A stretch of 64,000 bases of DNA from Macrostomum hystrix. Lineage: Eukaryota > Animalia > Platyhelminthes. A program made the position numbers and the translations under genes. The stretch is from the NCBI GenBank assembly GCA_950097015.1, contig CATNEN010000003.1:1302001-1366000 (forward strand), given 5' to 3'. Positions 54,764 through 64,000 of this stretch are shown piece after piece (positions within the stretch are counted from its first letter, which is position 1; each line of letters begins with the position of its first letter). A model generated the notes under the pieces. That model did no database searches, had not been told where the DNA came from, and saw nothing but the letters and a program-made list of their open reading frames with translations.

Positions 54764-57700
54764 TGGAACACCCAATCCTATTTCTCTTAACACTTAAATT
54801 ATAGGCTTTGGAACACCTAGCCCCATTTCTCTGATGACTCAAATTATAGGCTTTGGAACACCCAATCCCATTTCTCTGATGACTCAAATTATAGGCTTTG
54901 GAACACCCAATCCCATTTCTCTGATGACTCAAATTATAGGCTTTGGAACAGCCAATCCCATTTCTCTGATGACTCAAATTATAGGCTTTGGAACACCGAG
55001 CCCCATTTCTCTGATGACTCAAATTATAGGCTTTGGAACAGCCAATCCCATTTCTCTTATGACTCAAATTATAGGCTTTGGAACACCGAGCCCCATTTCT
55101 CTGATGACTCAAATTATAGGCTTTGGAACACCCAATCCCATTTCTCTGATGACTCAAATTATAGGCTTTGGAACACCGAGCCCCATTTCTCTGATGACTC
55201 AAATTATAGGCTTTGGAACAGCCAATCCCATTTCTCTGATGACTCAAATTATAGGCTTTGGAACAGCCAATCCCATTTCTCTTATGACTCAAATTATAGG
55301 CTTTGGAACACCGAGCCCCATTTCTCTGATGACTCAAATTATAGGCTTTGGAACACCCAATCCCATTTCTCTAATGACTCAAATTATAGGCTTTGGAACA
55401 CCCAATCCCATTTCTCTGATGACTCAAATTATAGGCTTTGGAAAACCGAGCCCCATTTCTCTGATGACTCAAATTATAGGCTTTGGAACAGCCAATCCCA
55501 TTTCTCTGATGACTCAAATTATAGGCTTTGGAACAGCCAATCCCATTTCTCTTATGACTCAAATTATAGGCTTTGGAACACCGAGCCCCATTTCTCTGAT
55601 GACTCAAATTATAGGCTTTGGAACACCCAATCCCATTTCTCTGATGACTCAAATTATAGGCTTTGGAACACCGAGCCCCATTTCTCTGATGACTCAAATT
55701 ATAGGCTTTGGAACACCCAATCCCATTTCTCTGATGACTCAAATTATAGGCTTTGGAACACCCAATCCCATTTCTCTGATGACTCAAATTATAGGCTTTG
55801 GAACACCCAATCCCATTTCTCTGATGACTCAAATTATAGGCTTTGGAACACCTAGCCCCATTTCTCTGATGACTCAAATTATAGGCTTTGGAACAGCCAA
55901 TCCCATTTCTCTGATGACTCAAATTATAGGCTTTGGAACAGCCAATCCCATTTCTCTTATGACTCAAATTATAGACTTTGGAACAGCCAATCTCATTTCT
56001 CTGATGACTCAAATTATAGGCTTTGGAACACCCAGCCCCATTTCTCTTATGACTCAAATTATAGGCTTTGGAACAGCCAATCCCATTTCTCTGATGACTC
56101 AAATTATAGGCTTTGGAACACCTAGCCCCATTTCTCTGATGACTCAAATTATAGGCTTTGGAACACCCAATCCCATTTCTCTGATGACTCAAATTATAGG
56201 CTTTGGAACACCCAATCCCATTTCTCTGATGACTCAAATTATAGGCTTTGGAACACCTAGCCCCATTTCTCTGATGACTCAAATTATAGGCTTTGGAACA
56301 CCCAATCCCATTTCTCTGATGACTCAAATTATAGGCTTTGGAACACCCAATCCCATTTCTCTGATGACTCAAATTATAGGCTTTGGAACACCTAGCCCCA
56401 TTTCTCTGATGACTCAAATTATAGGCTTTGGAACACCCAGCCCCATTTCTCTGATGACTCAAATTATAGGCTTTGGAACACCCAATCCCATTTCTCTGAT
56501 GACTCAAATTATAGGCTTTGGAACACCCAATCCCATTTCTCTGATGACTCAAATTATAGGCTTTGGAACACCCAGCCCAATTTCTCTGATGACTCAAATT
56601 ATAGGCTTTGGAACACCCAATCCCATTTCTCTGATGACTCAAATTATAGGCTTTGGAACATCCAATCCCATTTCTCTGATGACTCAAATTATAGGCTTTG
56701 GAACACCCAATCCCATTTCTCTGATGACTCAAATTATAGGCTTTGGAACACCCAATCCCATTTCTCTGATGACTCAAATTATAGGCTTTGGAACACCCAA
56801 TCCCATTTCTCTGATGACTCAAATTATAGGCTTTGGAACACCCAATCCCATTTCTCTGATGACTCAAATTATAGGCTTTGGAACACCCAATCCCATTTCT
56901 CTGATGACTCAAATTATAGGCTTTGGAACATCCAATCCCATTTCTCTGATGACTCAAATTATAGGCTTTGGAACACCCAGCCCCATTTCTCTGATGACTC
57001 AAATTATAGGCTTTGGAACACCCAATCCCATTTCTCTGATGACTCAAATTATAGGCTTTGGAACACCTAGCCCCATTTCTCTGATGACTCAAATTATAGG
57101 CTTTGGAACACCCAATCCCATTTCTCTGATGACTCAAATTATAGGCTTTGGAACACCCAGCCCCATTTCTCTGATGACTCAAATTATAGGCTTTGGAACA
57201 CCTAGCCCCATTTCTCTGATGACTCAAATTATAGGCTTTGGAACACCTAGCCCCATTTCTCTGATGACTCAAATTATAGGCTTTGGAACACCTAGCCCCA
57301 TTTCTCTGATGACTCAAATTATAGGCTTTGGAACACCTAGCCCCATTTCTCTGATGACTCAAATTATAGGCTTTGGAACACCTAGCCCCATTTCTCTGAT
57401 GACTCAAATTATAGGCTTTGGAACACCGAGCCCCATTTCTCTGATGACTCAAATTATAGGCTTTGGAACAGCCAATCCCATTTCTCTTAACACTTAAATT
57501 ATAGGCTTTGGAACACCTAGCCCCATTTCTCTGATGACTCAAATTATAGGCTTTGGAACACCCAATCCCATTTCTCTGATGACTCAAATTATAGGCTTTG
57601 GAACACCCAATCCCATTTCTCTTATGACTCAAATTATAGGCTTTGGAACACCCAATCCCATTTCTCTGATGACTCAAATTATAGGCTTTGGAACACCCAA

Positions 57701-59850
57701 TCCCATTTCTCTGATGACTCAAATTATAGGCTTTGGAACACCCAATCCCATTTCTCTGATGACTCAAATTATAGGCTTTGGAACAGCCAATCCCATTTCT
57801 CTGATGACTCAAATTATAGGCTTTGGAACACCGAGCCCCATTTCTCTGATGACTCAAATTATAGGCTTTGGAACAGCCAATCCCATTTCTCTTATGACTC
57901 AAATTATAGGCTTTGGAACACCGAGCCCCATTTCTCTGATGACTCAAATTATAGGCTTTGGAACACCCAATCCCATTTCTCTGATGACTCAAATTATAGG
58001 CTTTGGAACACCGAGCCCCATTTCTCTGATGACTCAAATTATAGGCTTTCGAACAGCCAATCCCATTTCTCTGATGACTCAAATTATAGGCTTTGGAACA
58101 GCCAATCCCATTTCTCTTATGACTCAAATTATAGGCTTTGGAACACCGAGCCCCATTTCTCTGATGACTCAAATTATAGGCTTTGGAACACCCAATCCCA
58201 TTTCTCTAATGACTCAAATTATAGGCTTTGGAACACCCAATCCCATTTCTCTGATGACTCAAATTATAGGCTTTGGAACACCGAGCCCCATTTCTCTGAT
58301 GACTCAAATTATAGGCTTTGGAACAGCCAATCCCATTTCTCTGATGACTCAAATTATAGGCTTTGGAACAGCCAATCCCATTTCTCTTATGACTCAAATT
58401 ATAGGCTTTGGAACACCGAGCCCCATTTCTCTGATGACTCAAATTATAGGCTTTGGAACATCCAATCCCATTTCTCTGATGACTCAAATTATAGGCTTTG
58501 GAACACCCAGCCCCATTTCTCTGATGACTCAAATTATAGGCTTTGGAACACCCAGCCCCATTTCTCTGATGACTCAAATTATAGGCTTTGGAACACCCAA
58601 TCCCATTTCTCTGATGACTCAAATTATAGGCTTTGGAACACCTAGCCCCATTTCTCTGATGACTCAAATTATAGGCTTTGGAACACCCAATCCCATTTCT
58701 CTGATGACTCAAATCAAAGCATTATAGGCTTTGGAACACCCAGCCCAATTTCTCTGATGACTCAAATTATAGGCTTTGGAACACCCAATCCCATTTCTCT
58801 GATGACTCAAATTATAGGCTTTGGAACATCCAATCCCATTTCTCTGATGACTCAAATTATAGGCTTTGGAACACCCAGCCCCATTTCTCTGATGACTCAA
58901 ATTATAGGCTTTGGAACACCCAATCCCATTTCTCTGATGACTCAAATTATAGGCTTTGGAACACCTAGCCCCATTTCTCTGATGACTCAAATTATAGGCT
59001 TTGGAACACCTAGCCCCATTTCTCTGATGACTCAAATTATAGGCTTTGGAACACCTAGCCCCATTTCTCTGATGACTCAAATTATAGGCTTTGGAACACC
59101 GAGCCCCATTTCTCTGATGACTCAAATTATAGGCTTTGGAACAGCCAATCCCATTTCTCTTAACACTTAAATTATAGGCTTTGGAACACCTAGCCCCATT
59201 TCTCTGATGACTCAAATTATAGGCTTTGGAACACCCAATCCCATTTCTCTGATGACTCAAATTATAGGCTTTGGAACACCCAATCCCATTTCTCTTATGA
59301 CTCAAATTATAGGCTTTGGAACACCCAATCCCATTTCTCTGATGACTCAAATTATAGGCTTTGGAACACCCAATCCCATTTCTCTGATGACTCAAATTAT
59401 AGGCTTTGGAACACCCAATCCCATTTCTCTGATGACTCAAATTATAGGCTTTGGAACACCTAGCCCCATTTCTCTGATGACTCAAATTATAGGCTTTGGA
59501 ACACCCAGCCCCATTTCTCTGATGACTCAAATTATAGGCTTTGGAACACCCAATCCCATTTCTCTGATGACTCAAATTATAGGCTTTGGAACACCCAATC
59601 CCATTTCTCTTATGACTCAAATTATAGGCTTTGGAACACCCAATCCCATTTCTCTGATGACTCAAATTATAGGCTTTGGAACACCCAATCCCATTTCTCT
59701 GATGACTCAAATTATAGGCTTTGGAACACCCAATCCCATTTCTCTGATGACTCAAATTATAGGCTTTGGAACAGCCAATCCCATTTCTCTGATGACTCAA
59801 ATTATAGGCTTTGGAACAGCCAATCCCATTTCTCTGATGACTCAAATTAT
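54764..59850 (+). repeat. 45-bp satellite array, ~113 copies, intergenic
   Basis: Unit TTGGAACACCCAATCCCATTTCTCTGATGACTCAAATTATAGGCT with a few recurrent variants; one 9-bp insertion near 58714. Confidence 0.98.
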
Positions 59851-59990
59851 TGTCAACGACAGAACGCGATTAGGAGTTGTGAGTGCAAGTATAATATTTT
59901 TTTCAATTGATTTGCTTTCAGTGTTGGGGCTATAGCACTCGGTAAAGACAAATTAGTCATTAAAAAAGTTATTCGAAGTCAGCACCGGTC

Positions 59991-61306
59991 ATGGAACCTG
60001 CCGAAATAGAATTTCTGGCTGAAAATGAACTAGTGGAAATTGTGCCTAATTTCACTCACGGCCCAATGCACCTTCTGTGCGGCACCTTTGGTCCGTTTGA
60101 ACCGGCTGTGGAAATGCAGGTTCGTCACTTTTTATTTGATTTTTAACGCTTTTTTACACCTGTTAGATTGACTAATTTGCACAGCTAATTCTCGAATTTT
60201 TAAGTGGGATCTAGCACAATGTCTAATTAAAAATAAAGCAATTATCTCACCTGTTCAACCAGACCAACTACTGATATCAGCAGTCAAATCTAATAATATT
60301 GCAGCAGACAGCTGAGCAATTATCTCACCTGTTCACCCAGACCAGTTACTGATATCAGCAGTCAAATCTAATAATATTGCAGCAGACAGCTGAGCAATTA
60401 TCATTTGTTCACCCAGACCAGTTACTGATATCAGCAGTCAAATCTAATAATATTGCAGCAGACAGCTGAGCAATTATCTCACCTGTTCACCCAGACCAAT
60501 TACTGATATCAGCAGTCAAACCTAATAATATTGCAGCAGACAGCTGAGCAATTATCTCACCTGTTCACCCAGACCAGTTACTGATATCAGCAGTCAAATC
60601 TAATAATATTGCAGCAGACAGCTGAGCAATTATCTCACCTGTTCACCCAGACCAGTTACTGATATCAGCAGTCAAATCTAATAATATTGCAGCAGACAGC
60701 TGAGCAATTATCTCACCTGTTCACCCGGACACGTTGCTAATTACTTATCTCACCTCGCCCGGCTCTCAAGCAGATAATTACTTGTTATCACCTTTCTCCT
60801 CTCCCGCCCACTGCTGAAAGGTGCCCCTGTGGCTGGCCTTGGCCCTGCGCACCAAGCAGCGCTGCCGCATATCGCCGCCTCACTGGCTCGCCGTGGAGTT
60901 CCTAACCGAGTTGAAAGAGCGCGAAGAGGCCGAGCAGCTGTTCACACCTGTGCCCAGTCCGCACTATCGCGAGGTGGCTTCGCTGCTGCTGCAGAACGCA
61001 GCCGAAGATCTGCCGCAGTCGGAGCGAGTACGCTGCCTGGTCAAGGACATCTGGGACCTGCGCATGAGCAAGCTCCGCAAGAGCTTTCACCTGTTTCTGC
61101 GCAGCGATGTCGCTTCGGCTAGGCTGACTCATCTGACACGAATGGAGATTTGCACAATGCGCACCTTTCTTACTAAGTCGCTGGATCAGGTGTTTAAATT
61201 GCGTCACTCGGCTAGTACAGTGCCGGCCCTGGCCAATGAACAACTCGCGGCTAGTAATGCCAGAACTAGGCGGGGTGCCGCCTCAGCCTCTGCCAGGTCT
61301 CAGTAA
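59991..61306 (+). CDS. GINS2: DNA replication complex GINS subunit Psf2, 204 aa
   Basis: join(59991..60119,60821..61306). MEPAEIEFLAENELVEIVPNF..FGPF..VPLWLALALR..CRISPPHW..VKDIWDLRMSKLR..LTRMEI. Confidence 0.96.
60236..60728 (+). repeat. 78-bp minisatellite (~6 copies) in the GINS2 intron
   Basis: Unit GAGCAATTATCTCACCTGTTCACCCAGACCAGTTACTGATATCAGCAGTCAAATCTAATAATATTGCAGCAGACAGCT. Confidence 0.95.
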
Positions 61307-61409
61307 TGAGAGACAGAGTCGATCCTGAACTCAAAATCCTGCTCAAATCTGCATTGACTGTACCATTAATAATGGCATTTCGGTTTGCGATTTGGGTTTA
61401 AGGCACCTT

Positions 61410-61795
61410 CCTCAGATCCTCAGTTTGACAGCCACCCTTTGCTTTGATCCTCATTTTGACAGCTACCCTGCCTCAGATCCTCAGTTTGACAGCCACCCTG
61501 CCTCAGATCCTCAGTTTGACAGCCACCCTGCCTCAGATCCTCAGTTTGACAGCCACCCTGCCTCAGATCCTCAGTTTGACAGCCACCCTGCCTCAGATCC
61601 TCAGTTTGACAGCCACCCTGCCTCAGATCCTCATTTTGACAGCCACACTGCCTCAGATCCTCAGTTTGACAGCCACCCTGCCTCAGATCCTCAGTTTGAC
61701 ATCCATGCTTCCCAAATCCTCAGTTTGACATCCACGCTTCCCAAATCCTCAGTTTGACATCCACGCTTCCCAAATCCTCAGTTTGACAGCCATCC
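61410..61795 (+). repeat. 30-bp minisatellite (~13 copies) 3' of GINS2
   Basis: Unit CCTCAGATCCTCAGTTTGACAGCCACCCTG. Confidence 0.95.
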
Positions 61796-63505
61796 ATATT
61801 AGGTTCGTGTATTTGCGAGTTAATATATAGTAATTATATATACTTTTATGGATTACTATAGTGTATAGTTGTTCATTTGTTTGGTGCTTTTTTGTATTTC
61901 CATGTATAAATATTCAAAGTTTAAAAAGGTTTACTTAGCAAGTGACTTGTTTAAATAAAAATATGCATTTCGCAGTCTGCTTTTTTGTCTATTTTTGAGT
62001 TCATTTATACTCGTAAGTACAATTTTTAGAAATTGATTTGATGAATTGATTCTTTTTTAATATAAAATACCAAATATCCCCTGCTTTTTGCAATCCCCTC
62101 GGCTGATCAGCTCAGTTTTAGACTGAGACTGGGATGACAGTATCTCTACGAAGACTCGATACTCGAAGCAAGTATGAATACTGCTCTTTCTGCAGTAAAA
62201 ATACTTTGTATTTTTGTCTAACACATGAGCATAGCTACCTGAGATTTTAAGTGTCGTGTTAATTAAATCGCTGCTATATGCGATTGCTTTTCAGCTTGAG
62301 GCCATTGAGAACATCTTACAATTAAAAATCCACATAGCGTTTAAGATATATAAGACAGCAAGCAATTTAATCCTTAGCGGAAAAATCTAGCTATTAAAGT
62401 TGCTTGCTTTTCATAGTCTATGGCCTGAAACGGGGTCTATGGAGCAATGTGAGAATCTGCAGGCGTGCTATTAATGCTTTCCACAGAAGGAAGCCTTCGA
62501 CTATTCACCCATTGACTATACGCACCAGTATATTTCTGCTCGATTCGCCTTAACATAATGTGGTTTTACCAAAGACTAAGTCATTCCTTGCACACTGTAA
62601 AATGGGTTCCCACACGCTAAATCAAATAAGAATGCCACGGAGTCCCTATAGGACGAGAGGTTTTTGCATAGCGTGTCCTGATACACTTTCAAAAAGTGAA
62701 AGCCTTTGTCGTGAATGTTTTACTGATTGAACTGGCCGCAAATCATGTGTTACAAACGTGTAAACGGTCTGACTTTGAGCATCAATCTGGACGACTTTTA
62801 TAGTAGTGATGAAGTCATCGTACCCTGATAACAGATGAACCTGAGTACAGTCTGAGGTAGCTCAGGCTGTGTCGATGGGACGTTACAGCTCACAGCCAGA
62901 GAGTGAACATGCAGCTGGTTCTTCTAGAGGGCCTTCCAGCACCTGGCCCACGCTGGGACACAATGGCACAGTTGAACATGTCCACATACAGTCTGCGTGT
63001 CCTGCACTGAGTCCCTGGGTCATTAACTGCTACTAATCACAAGCCATTTTGATGTATTCTGGAAAGAAAAAAACGTTTCCTAAATTTTATAATGATTTCC
63101 ATAATATACTGTCTTTCTTAGTGGCATATGCACAGGTTGTCAATTTCAATCCAACCTTCCGGACATGCTATACCAATGAGAATTGACATTGCACATCTGT
63201 CGAGTTATGAACAATTTTTTCACATTGTACAGTTTGAAGCCACATATCTTGTGTCGATTCTGTCCAAGTAACCAAGATAAAACAAGTGCTACCGACCATC
63301 GCTCAATTCGAAAGCACAAGGCAGCCTTCGTATATAACGAAGTTCAGTCTTAACAGATTAGCATCTTGTGGCCTACCATCAACAACCTGCAATTTAGACA
63401 GTGATTTAGTCCAAAACTATGTTGAAATTACAGATGCATGTTAATTCGACAAATTAACTTTCATAACACGCAGTGTTAAATTGGACTTTGATAAAACACT
63501 TCAAA

Positions 63506-63879
63506 ATGCAACACATAGGGCACACATGGCCGATGGTGCAGATGCTGGTGCTGTTATTGGTGATTCTGGATGAAATCAACTGCACAATGGACTGCGCGCA
63601 TGCAACCCGGCCAGGTGAGTTAATAGTCGAACTCGAGCAGTTGCTCCTGTGAATGATACGTAACACCGTGATTTTGCGTTGCAGTTTCAGCTCAGCTTGC
63701 CTGGCTCACCAGGGCAGACATTGTGCGCACCTGGCAGCCGGACGGTGACTGCCAGCGGTGGCAGAATGGCCGGTCGGAGACAAACCGATTCCCAGCTGCT
63801 GTGCGGTCCGGGCCTCGGTGGCTTGTGATGCAGCTGAGGCAGCCGATGGTGCTGGATCGGGTGAGCGTGCGAGGCTGGG
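63506..63879 (+). CDS. 5' exons of a paralog of the 22-26 kb receptor; continues beyond the window
   Basis: join(63506..63614,63685..63879), phase 1. Signal MVQMLVLLLVILDEINC-TMDCAHATRP, then VSAQLAWLTRADIVRTWQPDGDCQRWQ..WLVMQLRQPMVLDRVSVRGW; same intron-2 start and 14-bp repeat as copy 1. Confidence 0.8.
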
Positions 63880-63918
63880 GTGAGTGACGCTGACCTTCAT
63901 TTGTTCTCATGACCGATG

Positions 63919-64000
63919 CTGAGACAGTCAGTCTGAGACAGTCAGTCTGAGACAGTGAGTCTGAGACAGTCAGTCTGAGACAGTCAGTCTGAGACAGTCA
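63919..64000 (-). repeat. 14-bp tandem repeat, same family as 25210-25574
   Basis: (TGAGACAGTCAGTC)n to the window end. Confidence 0.95.

Noticed and set aside
54830-54880. CTGATGA in each satellite unit as a hammerhead core or C/D box
   Set aside because: No helix II or GAAA follows, and there is no terminal stem or properly spaced D box.
54744-59935. Long 15-aa-repeat ORFs on both strands; CRISPR-like appearance
   Set aside because: Pure 45-bp tandem array with no unique spacers and no cas genes, in eukaryotic context.
62700-63390. Exon-like segments on the minus strand
   Set aside because: Stops in the frames examined and no recognisable product; possible pseudogene debris.

Overview
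Eukaryotic (animal) genomic DNA with GT-AG introns, GC-richer exons and AT-rich, repeat-filled introns. The style (a different minisatellite in many introns, many tRNA-derived SINEs) suggests a flatworm such as Macrostomum lignano, but that is inference. Genes I could assemble by hand with phase-consistent splice sites: exon 1 of a retinoblastoma-family gene (-), a small GPI-anchor-like Thr/Ala-rich protein (-), ZFAND4/ANUBL1-like (+), WIPI/Atg18 (-), a 14-exon discoidin-like + 4 Ig-like receptor with cytoplasmic tyrosine motifs (-), an unrecognised ~389 aa protein (+), a coiled-coil + NHL-like protein (+), RACK1 (-) head-to-head with the PP2A catalytic subunit (+), GINS2/Psf2 (+), and the 5' end of an inverted paralog of the receptor (+). 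Mobile DNA includes a deleted mariner, several MITEs, a solo-LTR-like insert, SINEs and a CRE-like LINE remnant. The long repetitive ORFs are tandem-repeat artefacts. Best leads: (1) the ITIM-like Ig receptor pair with an abrupt identity boundary; (2) a hammerhead-like motif next to a Pol III B box; (3) a MITE carrying p53-type sites just upstream of the Rb-family gene; (4) ~110 AP-1 sites arrayed directly upstream of GINS2; (5) visible birth and transport of satellites by mobile elements.
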